A DNA stretch of 50,711 nucleotides from a bacterium (GCA_046757025.1 JBHHXN010000017.1:1-50711); one strand, 5' to 3'. Shown: positions 20,101 through 30,875, counted from the stretch's first letter. Numbers and translations: made by a program. Notes: generated from the letters alone by a model not told the origin.

Positions 20101-22645
20101 TGCCGGAAAATTGCTGCTTACACTGGAAAGAGAAAAAATCTTTGATTCCTATGTTTTGAATCTGAAGGAAAACACGGCCGAGTTTGAAATTCCTGTGACG
20201 GATATGTATAAACCCAACGCGTATATTTCAGCGCATTTAATTCGATCGACCGAAACTCTCGAACGGGATACGCCGGCGCGGGCATTTGGGGTCATCCCGC
20301 TGAAAGTCAACACCGAAGAAAATCGTTTATCCGTGAAGCTGGACGTGCCGGATGAAATTCGCCCCCGATCTCAACTGGAAATCAAAATTAAAATCGGCGG
20401 CCACGAAAACCGCCAACCGTATGTGACTGTCGCCGCCGTGGACGAAGGCATTTGCCAGCTAACCGACTTTCAAACGCCCGATGCCCACCAATTTTTCTTT
20501 GGCAAAAAGCGATTGTCGGTGGAATCGTACGACATCTACGGCGTGGTGCTGCCGGAGATCGAATCCACCTTGTCTTCGGTTTCCGGGGATCTGGAAGCCC
20601 GGCGTAAAACGCATCTCACGCCGGTGAGCGTGACGCGGGTGAAGCCAGTGGCCTTCTGGTCGGGACTGGTGCAATGCGACGACGACGGCCGCGGTGAAAT
20701 CCGCTTTGACATTCCGCAATTCAATGGCAGCGTGCGTTTGATGGCCGTGGCGTTTGCAGGCGACAAATTCGGCCATCAGCAGAAAAACGTGTTTGTGCGC
20801 GAGCCCATCGTGCTCACGCCCACCTTCCCACGCTTCATCAGCAGTCGGGACGAATTCACGGTACCGGTAAGCGTGTTTAACGGCGCCGGCAAAGAAGCAC
20901 AAATTGAAGTCACCTTGCAAACGGAAGGGCCGGTGCAGGTGCTCGAGTCGCAGCCGCAGCAGTTAACCATTGCTCCAAACCAGGAAAAACTGGCGTATTT
21001 CAAGATTCGAGCGGGCGAAAACACGGGTCGTGTGAAATTTCGCGTGGCCGCCCGCGGCGGCGGGGAGCAGACAGACATGGAAGTGGAGGTGCCGCTGCGG
21101 CCGCCGGTGCCTTTTGTGACGGTTAGCGGAAACGGCGCCGTGGAAGAGAACAAACCCGCGAGTTTTGAGTTCCCCTCGAATTGGGTGGCAGGTACCACCG
21201 ATTTCAAACTCACGCTGTCTTCCTTTCCCGCGGTGAATTTCGCCCACAGTCTGCAATATTTGCTGCGCTACCCTCACGGTTGTGTGGAGCAAACCACCTC
21301 CAAACTTTTTCCGCTTTTGTATTTCAATGAGATTGCCCGGCTGGCGGAACCGGAGCTTTTCAACCGCAACAGCGCAGACTATTTCATCGACGAAGGCATT
21401 GCCAGGTTGGAAAGCATGCAGTTGGTTTCCGGAGCGTTTTCGTACTGGCCAACGGGCAACTACATCAACAACTGGAGCTCCATTTACGCGGCGCATTTTC
21501 TGGTGGAAGCCCGCAAAGCCGGCTACGCGGTATCGGACAGGGTGTACGATCGCCTCATTGACGCGCTGCAAAATTTCACACGAAATTATCACACGCGCGA
21601 CCGCTACAGCTATCAAACCGCGGTTTACGCTTGCTACGTACTTGCTCTGGCGGGAAAACCGGACAAGAGCACCATGCTTTATTTGAAAAATTCGTTGCTG
21701 GATAAATTGAACCATTATTCCAAATTTCAATTGGCCGGCGCATTTGCGCTCACTGGCGACCTGCAGACGGCTCTGACCATGCTGCCGAAATCGGTGATCT
21801 CGGTCAAAACCGAAAAACGCGAAACCGGCCGCAACTTCAATTCGCCTGTTCGCAGCCAGGCCATCATGCTGGATGTGCTGGCGGAAGTCGATGAGAAGCA
21901 CCCCATGGTGCCGGTGCTGGTGGAGAACCTCATCAACGCCGCAGCCAAACGGGGAAGGTGGTACTCCACTCAGGAAAACGCCTTTGCTTTTTTGGCGCTG
22001 GGTAAAATTATGAGCAAACAGCCGGACGCCAACTACACCGGCTCGGTTGATATCGACGGCGAGGTCTATTCTACGTTTGACACGGACAATAAAATCTTGA
22101 GCGGTAAGGACTGGGCAGGCAAAAATGTCACCGTGACCATAAAAGGCACGGGCGCCTGTTACTACTACTGGCGGGTGGACGGCATTCCGGCAAAACTCAC
22201 CATCGATGAATACGATAACGACCTGATGGTGCGGCGGCGCTATCTGGATGAAAACGGCAACGCCATCCACTACAACAACTTTCAGCAGGGCGAGATGGTG
22301 ATTGCGGAAATCTCGGTGAAAGCCCTCAACGAATCCCTGCAAAACGTCGCCATCGTGGACATGCTGCCCGCGGGCCTGGAAATTGAAAATCCCCGCCTGC
22401 AGTCACGAAAAGGCATCGACTGGATCGGCAACCGGGCCTACCGCCCCATGTACATGGACATCCGCGACGACCGGCTGATTCTGTACGGCGATTTTCGATT
22501 TGGGCAATCGGTGAAATTTTATTACGGGCTGCGGGCGGTCACTCAGGGTAGCTTTATTTTACCGCCCATTCGTGCAGAAGCCATGTATGCACCGGACAAA
22601 GCCTCGGTGGCCTCCAGTGGCAGCATCACGGTGAACAGTCTGTGA
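17174..22645 (+). CDS. Bacterial alpha-2-macroglobulin (YfhM family) with thioester motif
   Basis: YNERGVYRPGE, VEEFIPDR, VAAVDEGI, YPHGCVEQ (CxEQ thioester at 21281-21292), WYSTQENA, DMLPAGLEIENP, AEAMYAP; 1823 aa; upstream of pbpC. Confidence 0.96.
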   Translation: MSKTNSSQSPKNQDDNDSKNDHSKSKFLFLKYPYYIIAVLLAIILVGLLYVLFSGRGRETVQVTAFTPEGEVQQTTNFTVEFSKNLAPDSLLNVQLDGAFIEFKPPLPGQYRWIEKNKLRFYPDVQLAPSTAYRAEVSSRVATDYGYSLAGAREFLFYTTRFQVNSAILTFEYTPESFETVKLLSTIEFNYDVDPLEAQRSIALLNKAGKSLPFTLQTTAPDRILRLEAENIERGEDKKEIRLKIAQGLLCLGGNLGLERDFIKPMILPGQMDLKVERMLPKKSAPSKGFVQIQFNLPINIQNGGQFIRVQPPIKYQITASHRYLELKGDFKMGSTYQVSIRKGLQAVDGSPLERDFSSAVTFRREQIPPQIDFVGEGFYLTRSGKLNLGLSTINVNKVNFEVEKIYANNLAYLLNRNDLSQKWASYNLRTLGRRIHQSDLVVQSVENEEVVTPINVKEYLAGERLGIFKLTARLSEQRWRHASKWVIATDMGLLTKKAGDDLWVWVNSLSMLEPVTGAEITLISQNNQILMSAKTNQDGIAVFENYTRYTEDFVPYLITASLGNDFSFLELHRRRIPTSDFDVGGAAYLQHGYEAFMYNERGVYRPGEHAHLAAVVRGENISVPTAFPVKLQVKGPDGKILTEQKSRLNEAGAAEFDVAVPEFAMTGGYLARLFIGDKQEIGRTSFNVEEFIPDRMKVKLSTNRKEYSAGMEMQINVEAVTLFGPPAAGRQVEAELQIEPFVYSPPDWQSFTFYDLSKSYSTVKINLGARTLDASGQHTYTHQILKNLNPPSALRAVIYTTVLEPGGRGVSANKGVLIHPHETYVGMRKTQEGYAKPEEETEFDYVVLNQENQLLAQRSVEISLYRIYWHSILKRVDSRRGYRYVSEKVEELQHKFTTTSEAKINRFSVTPDQYGRYRVLIRDLASGASTSLSFYSSGWGYSPWAMAHPDRIELDLDKEVYSPGEKARIQIRAPFAGKLLLTLEREKIFDSYVLNLKENTAEFEIPVTDMYKPNAYISAHLIRSTETLERDTPARAFGVIPLKVNTEENRLSVKLDVPDEIRPRSQLEIKIKIGGHENRQPYVTVAAVDEGICQLTDFQTPDAHQFFFGKKRLSVESYDIYGVVLPEIESTLSSVSGDLEARRKTHLTPVSVTRVKPVAFWSGLVQCDDDGRGEIRFDIPQFNGSVRLMAVAFAGDKFGHQQKNVFVREPIVLTPTFPRFISSRDEFTVPVSVFNGAGKEAQIEVTLQTEGPVQVLESQPQQLTIAPNQEKLAYFKIRAGENTGRVKFRVAARGGGEQTDMEVEVPLRPPVPFVTVSGNGAVEENKPASFEFPSNWVAGTTDFKLTLSSFPAVNFAHSLQYLLRYPHGCVEQTTSKLFPLLYFNEIARLAEPELFNRNSADYFIDEGIARLESMQLVSGAFSYWPTGNYINNWSSIYAAHFLVEARKAGYAVSDRVYDRLIDALQNFTRNYHTRDRYSYQTAVYACYVLALAGKPDKSTMLYLKNSLLDKLNHYSKFQLAGAFALTGDLQTALTMLPKSVISVKTEKRETGRNFNSPVRSQAIMLDVLAEVDEKHPMVPVLVENLINAAAKRGRWYSTQENAFAFLALGKIMSKQPDANYTGSVDIDGEVYSTFDTDNKILSGKDWAGKNVTVTIKGTGACYYYWRVDGIPAKLTIDEYDNDLMVRRRYLDENGNAIHYNNFQQGEMVIAEISVKALNESLQNVAIVDMLPAGLEIENPRLQSRKGIDWIGNRAYRPMYMDIRDDRLILYGDFRFGQSVKFYYGLRAVTQGSFILPPIRAEAMYAPDKASVASSGSITVNSL

Positions 22646-22696
22646 CGGATTTTTGAATTTTTCCATGTTCTAATTCGGTTGTCCCAAAAGCACAGT

Positions 22697-22940
22697 CGCA
22701 CGCAAAGACGCCGAAACGCAAAGAATACGCAAAGTTCTTTTTGAAATTCCGTATTTCATCAAATTATCTATGTTCAAGGTTGCATACCCGGTACGGCGAA
22801 TCCGCAAATGCAAATTGAAAATTTGAAAGTGCAAAGTGCAAGATTACTTTTGGGAAACACGCCCGGACGAAAATTGCAAAAAGGGAAGGGATAATCGAGC
22901 AACTTTGAAATTTGCATTTTTCACTTTGCATTTTAAATTC
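22697..22940. repeat. ACGCAAAG-type short repeats plus an inverted pair of heptamer arrays
   Basis: 22697-22734 has repeated ACGCAAAG. The (TGCAAAG/TGAAAAT)n array at 22804-22843 is mirrored at about 22901-22940. Confidence 0.6.
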
Positions 22941-23039
22941 TTAAATGGCTTTGGGAATTTTTTGCATTAAAATACAAAACAATACTTTTGTAATTTTTTA
23001 GCATGGTTCCTGGTTTAGCAGAATATTTATTATTTTAAT

Positions 23040-23190
23040 TAGTGTCCATCCGAATTCGTCATTCCCGAGTGCTCCCTGCTTAAAACATGCAGGGACAAGC
23101 TCATCGGGAATCTCGTGCCGAACGGACCAATGGATTCCCGCTTAAAAATTGCGGGAATGACAAAAAAGGGCTCTTTACGGATGGACCCTA
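23040..23190. mobile_element. MITE with an internal GTCATTCCCG...CGGGAATGAC palindromic repeat
   Basis: Terminal inverted repeats TAGTGTCCATCCG / CGGATGGACCCTA (12/13); nested hairpins inside. Confidence 0.7.
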
Positions 23191-23192
23191 AT

Positions 23193-23246
23193 TAGTGATT
23201 GACCGAAAACGAGCATCTTCATGTGAGCGGAGTCGAAGCATGAAGA
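23193..23246. mobile_element. MITE family A-type end followed by a TGAGCGGAGTCGAAG hairpin
   Basis: TAGTGATTGACCGAAAAC matches the ends at 13632 and 42988; stem TCTTCATG/CATGAAGA. Confidence 0.55.
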
Positions 23247-23306
23247 CTGATGGAAAAATGGACTTTATCAACAGGATCATATATTTTTACTAGAGTAAAA
23301 TATGCC

Positions 23307-25607
23307 ATGAAAAAAATATTTTGTCTGTTCATCATAGTTAATCCTCTGACCATATTTTTGCTGTTGAACGAGCTCTTTCCCCTGCCCGCTGACAAGCTGC
23401 ATCCAACCGTTTCGACCATCATACTCGACCGAAATGACAACTTGCTGCGCGCTTTTCTGGCCGGGGATGACATGTGGCGGATTCCCGTTTCAGTCGATGA
23501 AATCTCCCCTACTCTTAAAAAAGCGGTCCTGACTTACGAAGATAAATATTTTTACAGGCATTTTGGCATCAACCCCATTTCGATAATCCGAGCTGCCAGG
23601 ACCAACCTGCGCTCCGGCCGCATTGTACAGGGCGGTTCCACCCTCACCATGCAGGTGGCGCGCCTGTTGGAGCCGAAATCCCGCTCCTATTTAAACAAGC
23701 TCAAAGAAGCCTTTCGGGCGCTGCAACTGGAATGGCGTTATTCCAAGGATGAAATTTTAGCGTTCTATTTCAACATGGCGCCCTACGGCGGCAACCTTGT
23801 GGGCGTAGGTGCGGCATCGTATGCTTATTTTAAAAAAAGCCCGGACAAGCTTAGTCTGGGAGAAGCGGCTATTCTGGCGGCGGTGCCCAATTCACCCAAC
23901 CGTTTTCGTGCAGATCGCTACCCAAACGCTGCCAAAGAGGCGCGTGCAAAAGTTCTGCGGTTGCTGCAACAGCAGAATCAGATCGACGCTCAGCAAAGAA
24001 AGGAAGCACAATCGGAGCCGGTGCCTGCCAAACGCTTTGCTTTGCCATTTGAAATCCCGCACCTGTCCACCGAACTGCACAAACGCCATCCTTTTCGACC
24101 GTGGCTGACGAGCACCATCGATCGGCAACTGCAGATCAAAGCCGAATCGATCTTACAGACGCATTTAAAACCGCTGCAAAAAAAAGGCATTTACAACGGG
24201 GCGGTGGTGATTATCGAAAACCGCACACACGAGGTGCTGGCCATGGTGGGATCACCGGATTTTTTCGATAACCAAAATCAAGGTCAGGTCAACGGCGCCA
24301 TGTCGCCCCGATCGCCGGGATCGGCGCTGAAGCCGTTTGTGTACGCGCTGGGACTGGAACAGGGAGTGATTTCGCCCAGCACCCTGCTCAAAGATGTGCC
24401 AGTGGAATACGCCGGCTACCGACCCGTCAACTACGACGAACGCTTTCACGGCGCCGTCAGTGTCCAGGAAGCGCTGGTGCATTCCCTGAACGTACCGGCG
24501 GTGAATCTTTATGCGGAGCTCGGTGACAACGGCGTTTACTCATTTTTAAAACGAGGGGGTATTTCCACGCTTCCCAAACCAAAAGAGTATTACGGTCTAT
24601 CACTGATTTTGGGTGGCGGCGAAGTGACCTTGTTAGAGCTAACCAATTTGTATGCCGGGTTAGCCAGCGGCGGTAATTTTACATCCTACCGTTTGTTGAA
24701 ATCCGATGCAGGGGAAGCGGAAAATACTTTGCTCAGTCCCGGAACCTGTTTTATTTTAACGGATATTCTGAGCCAGCTACGTCGGCCGGAGTTACCGGCG
24801 GTTTGGGAGTCCACGCTGGACATGCCGAAGGTAGCGTGGAAAACCGGCACTTCCTATGGCCACCGCGACGCCTGGAGCATCGGTTACACGCCGCAATTAA
24901 CCATCGGAGTATGGGTAGGCAATTTCGACGGCCGGGGGGTACCGGAGCTCGTCGGCGCAGAAGCCGCGGCGCCGATTTTGTTTGCGTTGTTTAACGCGCT
25001 GGAAGAGCGTGACAGCCACCGCTGGTTTGTGCAGCCTGAAAGCGTGGAGATGAGGCAAGTGTGCGCAGTCAGCGGCATGCCGGTCTCTCAAATTTGTGCT
25101 GCCGTCAAAAATGAGCTCTTTTTGCCGGGGGTTTCGCCAAATCAAACCTGCACCATCCATCAGCGCATTCTGGTGGATCGGAAAACCGGACAGCGTTTGT
25201 GCTCCCATTGCCGCATTGGCCGCACCTATTGGGAAAAAGTCATCGAACACTGGCCGGCCGAAATTAGTAGCTGGAAAATGCGCAACGGGCAACCGCTTGC
25301 ACCTTTCCCTGAACATTTTCAGAAATGCGTCAAAATCGCCTCGGGAGAAAAGCCGGTGATTCACTCACCGGCCATGAATACACAGTTTAAAATTCGTTCA
25401 GGCGTTAGTTTAAAATACCAGAAAATTCTACTGCAGGCGTCGGTTTCCAACCACACGCACACGATTTACTGGTTTATGAATGGACGGCTCATCTATTCCG
25501 GAGACCCGAACCACCCACTGTTCATCACACCACAAAAGGGCCGCCACACCCTGCTGTGTATGGACGAAGAAGGGCGATCTTCAGAAGTCGAGATAACCAT
25601 CAATTGA
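23307..25607 (+). CDS. pbpC: Penicillin-binding protein 1C
   Basis: Transglycosylase motifs EDKYFYRHFG and QGGSTLTMQVAR; transpeptidase SALK, SLN, KTGT; C-terminal Ig-like domain. Start at MKKIFCLF preferred because the longer start at 23250 lies next to the repeat remnant. Confidence 0.95.
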   Translation: MKKIFCLFIIVNPLTIFLLLNELFPLPADKLHPTVSTIILDRNDNLLRAFLAGDDMWRIPVSVDEISPTLKKAVLTYEDKYFYRHFGINPISIIRAARTNLRSGRIVQGGSTLTMQVARLLEPKSRSYLNKLKEAFRALQLEWRYSKDEILAFYFNMAPYGGNLVGVGAASYAYFKKSPDKLSLGEAAILAAVPNSPNRFRADRYPNAAKEARAKVLRLLQQQNQIDAQQRKEAQSEPVPAKRFALPFEIPHLSTELHKRHPFRPWLTSTIDRQLQIKAESILQTHLKPLQKKGIYNGAVVIIENRTHEVLAMVGSPDFFDNQNQGQVNGAMSPRSPGSALKPFVYALGLEQGVISPSTLLKDVPVEYAGYRPVNYDERFHGAVSVQEALVHSLNVPAVNLYAELGDNGVYSFLKRGGISTLPKPKEYYGLSLILGGGEVTLLELTNLYAGLASGGNFTSYRLLKSDAGEAENTLLSPGTCFILTDILSQLRRPELPAVWESTLDMPKVAWKTGTSYGHRDAWSIGYTPQLTIGVWVGNFDGRGVPELVGAEAAAPILFALFNALEERDSHRWFVQPESVEMRQVCAVSGMPVSQICAAVKNELFLPGVSPNQTCTIHQRILVDRKTGQRLCSHCRIGRTYWEKVIEHWPAEISSWKMRNGQPLAPFPEHFQKCVKIASGEKPVIHSPAMNTQFKIRSGVSLKYQKILLQASVSNHTHTIYWFMNGRLIYSGDPNHPLFITPQKGRHTLLCMDEEGRSSEVEITIN

Positions 25608-25616
25608 TGGGCAACA

Positions 25617-25671
25617 GAATTATGAATTACAAATTATGAATTAGGAATTACAAATTATGCATTCTGAATTT
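25617..25671. repeat. Degenerate heptamer tandem repeat (about 8 x RAATTAN)
   Basis: GAATTAT GAATTAC AAATTAT GAATTAG GAATTAC AAATTAT GCATTCT GAATTT. Confidence 0.75.
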
Positions 25672-25916
25672 TCTTTGCCGGTGGATGAAAATTCACTTGC
25701 AGTAAACTCAAAGAATCAACTTTTCACATTTTTTTTGAATTGTATGGAACTCAACGCTTGGTTCAGGCGTTTTTTATTTTTGAATTTCTTACCACAATTC
25801 TTAAATACTCAAAGTGTTGTTATTTTTTGAATTTATTAACAATCGTTTTAAAAATAAATTCGCGTTGCAAAATGCTGGATTCAAATATCAAAGTTAATCA
25901 AAGCAAGAGGTAGATT

Positions 25917-26684
25917 ATGGCAAAAAACTCAAAAGTAATGATCGAAACCAAAGGATTGAGCAAATTTTACGGTCCTTTTGTGGCCATCAAAGACATTACC
26001 TTTTCCATCACCGAGGGTCAGATCGTGGCGTTTTTAGGCCCCAACGGGGCGGGTAAATCCACCACCATGAAAATTCTCAGCGGATTCCTGGCGGCCAGTG
26101 AAGGTTCCGCTGCCATCGCGGGCTACGACGTCCGAAAAAACCGACTGGAGGTTTCCAGGAAATTGGGTTATTTACCCGAAAACGGGCCCCTCTACCAGAA
26201 TATGACGCCGCTGGATACGTTACAATTTTTTGGAGAAGCCCGCGGCATGGAACCCAATTTGCTATCCAAACGGCTGGACACGGTGATCGAGCAGTGCGCC
26301 CTGGAACTGGTGCTGGAAAAACCCATCGACAAGCTCTCGCGCGGCTACAAACAGCGGGTGGGATTGGCGCAGGCTCTGCTGCACGACCCGGACGTACTCA
26401 TCATGGACGAGCCCACCGCAGGATTGGATCCCAACCAGATTCGTGAATTTCGCGATAACATCAAAACGTTGAGCAAAACCAAAACCGTGCTGCTTTCCAC
26501 CCATATCCTGCAAGAAGTGGAAGCCGTGGCCGATCGGGTTTTGTTCATTCACAACGGCCAGCTCATTTTCGACGGCGCCACCGAAGATTTGAAAGAAAAC
26601 GGCTCCCTGGAAAAGCCTTTTTATCGCTTAACCAATCACGGTCGACCGATTAAAGTTGAATCTAAAAAGGAGGCGGTAGCATGA
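25917..26684 (+). CDS. ABC transporter ATP-binding protein (GldA-like)
   Basis: [27 protein letters not shown]. Confidence 0.95.
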   Translation: MAKNSKVMIETKGLSKFYGPFVAIKDITFSITEGQIVAFLGPNGAGKSTTMKILSGFLAASEGSAAIAGYDVRKNRLEVSRKLGYLPENGPLYQNMTPLDTLQFFGEARGMEPNLLSKRLDTVIEQCALELVLEKPIDKLSRGYKQRVGLAQALLHDPDVLIMDEPTAGLDPNQIREFRDNIKTLSKTKTVLLSTHILQEVEAVADRVLFIHNGQLIFDGATEDLKENGSLEKPFYRLTNHGRPIKVESKKEAVA

Positions 26685-29374
26685 ATCTAAATGTGAAAAA
26701 CATAGCTCCCAAAATCAATTTTAATGTCATTCAGTCCATCGTAAAAAGGGATCTGCGCATGTATTTCAGCAATCCCACGGGTTACGTTTTCATCACTTTG
26801 TTTATTTTCCTGAGCGCAGCAGCCGCTTTCTGGCAGTCGGGTTTTTTCAGGAACAATCTGGCAAACCTCGACCAGTTAAACATCCTGTTTCCTTATTTGC
26901 TGCTGTTTTTTGTCCCGGCCCTCACCATGGGCATCTGGGCTGAAGAACAAAAACAAGGTACGGACGAGCTGCTGCTGACCTTACCGGCCACAGACCTGGA
27001 AGTAGTTTTGGGTAAATACTTGGCCGCCCTGGGAATTTATTCCGCTTCGTTATTTTTGTCTCTCAGCCATATTCTCGTGCTGACCTGGCTCGGCAGTCCG
27101 GATATCGGACTGATGTTCGGCAACTACGTCGGCTACTGGTTGATCGGCGCGGCGCTGGTGGCGGTGGGGATGTTAGCTTCACTGCTTACCGCCAACATTA
27201 CCATCGCGTTTATTTTAGGCGCCATTTTTTGTTCGCTGTTTGTGTTCATCGATTCAGCGGCCTTTGTCATCAGCCAGGGTTTAAAAAATTTAGTGGACCC
27301 CATCGGTGTATTCGGGCATTTCGGAGATTTTGCCAGAGGCATCATCAGTTTTTCAGGTGTGCTGTATTTTCTTTCCGTGGCCGGGCTCATGCTCTATTTT
27401 AACGTGCTTATCATCGGGCGCCGGCACTGGCCGTTGGAAGCCGACGGTTTCAAAATGTGGGTACACCACACCATTCGTTCCGTGGCCATCGTGGCAGCGT
27501 TGATCAGTCTAAACGTCATTTTTCATTGGCCGACTTTCCGGCTGGACGTTACCGCAGAACAATTGCATTCGCTTTCCGATGAAACCAAAAAGTTGATCGA
27601 TGAAATACCTGACAACCGGCCGGTATTCGTGCAGGCTTTCATCAGCAAAGAAGTGCCGCAATCGTATGTTCAGACCCGTTCAAACCTCATCGGTACGTTA
27701 AAAGAAATCGATGCCGTAGCGGGTAACCGCGTGGAAGTGGTGATTTACGATACCGAACCATACACACAGGAAGCGCGCGATGCCCGGGAAAAATTTGGCA
27801 TTCGGCCGCAGGAGATTCCCAATTTGGCCGGCGCACAGGCCAGTTTTTCCAACGTGTTCCTGGGCGTGGCGTTTACCAGCGGTGCCGAAGAGCAGGTGAT
27901 TCCGTTCTTCGATCGCGGTTTGCCGGTGGAATACGAGCTCACCCGCAGCATCCGGGTGGTGGCCAAAACCAGCCGCAAAAAAATCGGTATGCTCAACACC
28001 GAAGCCAAACTGTTCGGCGGATTTGATTTTCAAACCATGCGCAGCAATCCGCCCTGGCCGGTGGTGGACGAGCTGAAAAAACAGTACGACGTTGAACAGG
28101 TGTCGGCTGCCGAACCCATCAACGAAGTTTACGATGCGTTGCTGGTGGCGCTGCCTTCCTCCCTGCCGCAAGAAGAAATGGACAATTTAAAAAAATACAT
28201 CGAAGCCGGGCACCCCACACTGTTTTTGGTTGATCCGCTGACCATCGTGAATGTGGGGCTCTCCCCTTCCGAAGAAAGCGGCGCCAACATCAATCCCTTC
28301 ATGCGGAATCAGGGACCGCGGCCCAAACCCAAGGGCAATATTCACAGCCTGCTGACCGACCTCGGAGTGAGCTGGAACAAGGCGCAAATCATCTGGGATA
28401 CCTACAATCCGCATCCCGATTTGGCGCATTTACAGCCGCAGATCGTTTTCGTCGGACACGGCAATCAAAATCCTGAATCGTTTAATCAAGAGCATAAAGG
28501 CAGTGCCGATTTACAGGAGCTGGTCTTTTTGTACCCGGGCAGCCTGCAAAAAGCCGCCAACAGCCATTTTGAATTCACGCCGCTGGTAAAATCCAGTCAG
28601 GTTTCGGGTTCACAGAATTACAGTCAACTGGTACAGCGTTCGTTTTTTGGCATTCAACTGGTGCAGCCGCGAATCCGATTGCGTCCCAACAGTCTGGATT
28701 ACATCATTGCCGCCCACATCAAAGGAGAATCGGTTCCGGAAGATTCCACCGAGAGTCCAAAGAGTGTCAACGCCATCGTCATCAGCGATCTGGATTTTAT
28801 TTCGCAGGAATTCTTTGAGATTCGGAAACGTGCCATCGGCAATCTCAATTTCGATAACGTGACTTTTTTCCTGAACTGCATCGATGTGTTGGTGGGCGAT
28901 GAATCGTTCATTTCACTCCGGAATAAACGAGTCAAACACCGAACCCTGGAAACGGTGGAAGAACAGAAGCGGCAATTCATGGAAAAAAGTCGACAAGAGG
29001 AACAGGAAGCGGAAGCGGAAGCCTCAAGAGCCCTGGCCGAAGCGCAGCAAAGACTCAATGAAAAAGTCGCAGAAGTGCGGCAGCGCACCGACCTCGACGA
29101 TCAGACCAAACAAATCATGGCCCGCAACCTGCAGGAAGTTGAAAACCGAAAATTTGAAGCGCTAAAAGCCAGTATCGAAGCCGAAAAAGAAGCCAAGATT
29201 CAGCGCAGTAAAGAAAACATGGAGTCGCAAATTCGCAGCATTCAGAGCAACATCAAAACCCTAGCGGTCCTGCTGCCGCCCATTCCGGTGTTTGCACTGG
29301 GCGTGATGATATTCGTACGCCGGCAAAAACGTGAAAAAGAAGGCGCGGCGGCAGCGCGAAGGCTGCGCAGTTAA
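26681..29374 (+). CDS. ABC-2 permease fused to a GldG-like domain (GldF-GldG-like)
   Basis: Multi-TM N-terminus with [51 protein letters not shown]-terminal coiled coil and TM; 4-nt overlap with the ATPase gene. Confidence 0.88.
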   Translation: MNLNVKNIAPKINFNVIQSIVKRDLRMYFSNPTGYVFITLFIFLSAAAAFWQSGFFRNNLANLDQLNILFPYLLLFFVPALTMGIWAEEQKQGTDELLLTLPATDLEVVLGKYLAALGIYSASLFLSLSHILVLTWLGSPDIGLMFGNYVGYWLIGAALVAVGMLASLLTANITIAFILGAIFCSLFVFIDSAAFVISQGLKNLVDPIGVFGHFGDFARGIISFSGVLYFLSVAGLMLYFNVLIIGRRHWPLEADGFKMWVHHTIRSVAIVAALISLNVIFHWPTFRLDVTAEQLHSLSDETKKLIDEIPDNRPVFVQAFISKEVPQSYVQTRSNLIGTLKEIDAVAGNRVEVVIYDTEPYTQEARDAREKFGIRPQEIPNLAGAQASFSNVFLGVAFTSGAEEQVIPFFDRGLPVEYELTRSIRVVAKTSRKKIGMLNTEAKLFGGFDFQTMRSNPPWPVVDELKKQYDVEQVSAAEPINEVYDALLVALPSSLPQEEMDNLKKYIEAGHPTLFLVDPLTIVNVGLSPSEESGANINPFMRNQGPRPKPKGNIHSLLTDLGVSWNKAQIIWDTYNPHPDLAHLQPQIVFVGHGNQNPESFNQEHKGSADLQELVFLYPGSLQKAANSHFEFTPLVKSSQVSGSQNYSQLVQRSFFGIQLVQPRIRLRPNSLDYIIAAHIKGESVPEDSTESPKSVNAIVISDLDFISQEFFEIRKRAIGNLNFDNVTFFLNCIDVLVGDESFISLRNKRVKHRTLETVEEQKRQFMEKSRQEEQEAEAEASRALAEAQQRLNEKVAEVRQRTDLDDQTKQIMARNLQEVENRKFEALKASIEAEKEAKIQRSKENMESQIRSIQSNIKTLAVLLPPIPVFALGVMIFVRRQKREKEGAAAARRLRS

Positions 29375-29492
29375 TAACTTTTTTGTGTTAAAAATACGAT
29401 AACAGATGACCATTTCTTGTACATCAAGAATTTCAAACATGAAACCCGTAATTGCAGATGACTTCTTGAATTTCAAATAATAGGAGTAGAGC

Positions 29493-30860
29493 ATGAACGA
29501 AACTCAAAAAACCATGATTTTTGGCGGCGCAGCGGTGCTGCTCGTCCTCATCGCTTTTTTGTTGAATTTGCCGTCGGGCGGCACACCCGAAGCCTTTTCG
29601 GACAAAGGGGAATATTTCTTTCCGGATTTCACCGATCCCAATGTCGCCACCACCCTGGAGGTGATCGATTTCGACAGCGAAACCGGTTCCGCGGTGCCAT
29701 TTAAAGTCACTTTTAAAAACGGTATCTGGACCATTCCCTCGCATCACGACTACCCTGCTGACGGCAAAGATCGCCTGGCGAAAACCGCTGCCGGCGTCAT
29801 CCGCATCAAGAAAGATGACTTCCGCACCGACAACGTGTCGGATCACGTAGCTTGCGGCGTGATCGATCCCCTGGATGAAACCGCTACCTCTTTAACCGGC
29901 CGCGGACAAAGAGTGACCATCAAAGGCCAGAACGATCAGATTTTAGCGGACTTTATCATCGGCAAAAAAATAGAGGGCCGGGATAAATTTCGTTTCGTGC
30001 GCATCCCCGGCCAAAAACGCGTGTACGCCTCCCGTATTGACATCGATATTTCAACCAAGTTCAGCGATTGGATCGAGGCGGATCTGATGAAGGTAACCAA
30101 AGCGGACATCAAGCAGGTGATCTTGAAAGACTATTCCATCAATGAGCGCACCGGCGTGGTGAATCAACGCGACGTGGTGGTACTCGACAAAGTGGATGAC
30201 AATTGGCAAGCGGACAAGACGCGCGACGACCAGGAGGTGGATAAAACCAAAATGGACGACCTGTTGAAGGCGGTGGACGAATTGTCCATCGTCGGGGTAC
30301 GGCCAAAGCCAGCCGGACTGTCACAAAATCTGACTAAAATGAGCGACGGCATCTCCATTACACAGGAAGCCGCGTTGTCTTTGCAAAGCAAGGGATATTA
30401 TTTCACCCGCGACGGCCAGCTGCTTTCCAATGAAGGTGAATTGCAAGCGCGCACAAAAGACGGCGTCACATACACGTTGAGATTTGGAGAAATCGTTTAT
30501 GGCTCCGGTCTGGCGGTCACCGCCGGCACCGACACCAGCGACACCGAGGGTCCGGGGGAAAATCGTTACCTGTTCATCACCACCGATTTTGATGGCAGCG
30601 AATTCACCGAACCACCCAAACCCAAAAACACCGACTTTCAGTCCAAACCAGATAGCTTGTGGACCGATGCCGATAAAGAAAACAAGAAGCTGCAGGATGA
30701 ACATGACAAATGGCAGAAGAAGATCGAAAAAGGCCAAAAGCTTTCGGACGATTTGAACGCACGCTTTGCTAACTGGTACTACGTCATCTCTGCCAACAGT
30801 TTCGACAAGCTGCATTTGAAACGCAAAGATCTGGTGAAGAAAAAAGAGAAAGGCACTTAG
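29493..30860 (+). CDS. DUF4340-type membrane-anchored protein
   Basis: N-terminal TM; WTIPSHHDYPAD; third gene of a GldA/FG-like operon, the usual DUF4340 position. Confidence 0.75.
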   Translation: MNETQKTMIFGGAAVLLVLIAFLLNLPSGGTPEAFSDKGEYFFPDFTDPNVATTLEVIDFDSETGSAVPFKVTFKNGIWTIPSHHDYPADGKDRLAKTAAGVIRIKKDDFRTDNVSDHVACGVIDPLDETATSLTGRGQRVTIKGQNDQILADFIIGKKIEGRDKFRFVRIPGQKRVYASRIDIDISTKFSDWIEADLMKVTKADIKQVILKDYSINERTGVVNQRDVVVLDKVDDNWQADKTRDDQEVDKTKMDDLLKAVDELSIVGVRPKPAGLSQNLTKMSDGISITQEAALSLQSKGYYFTRDGQLLSNEGELQARTKDGVTYTLRFGEIVYGSGLAVTAGTDTSDTEGPGENRYLFITTDFDGSEFTEPPKPKNTDFQSKPDSLWTDADKENKKLQDEHDKWQKKIEKGQKLSDDLNARFANWYYVISANSFDKLHLKRKDLVKKKEKGT

Positions 30861-30875
30861 AAGAACCTGTCTGTA

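Noticed and set aside
20963..22342. 459-aa antisense ORF
   Set aside because: It lies wholly opposite the well-supported alpha-2-macroglobulin gene and has no motifs; a codon-bias shadow like the many other nested ORFs in the track.
25617..25671. CRISPR array (also considered for 43064-43111 and 16608-16630)
   Set aside because: Direct tandem units with no unique spacers and no cas genes.
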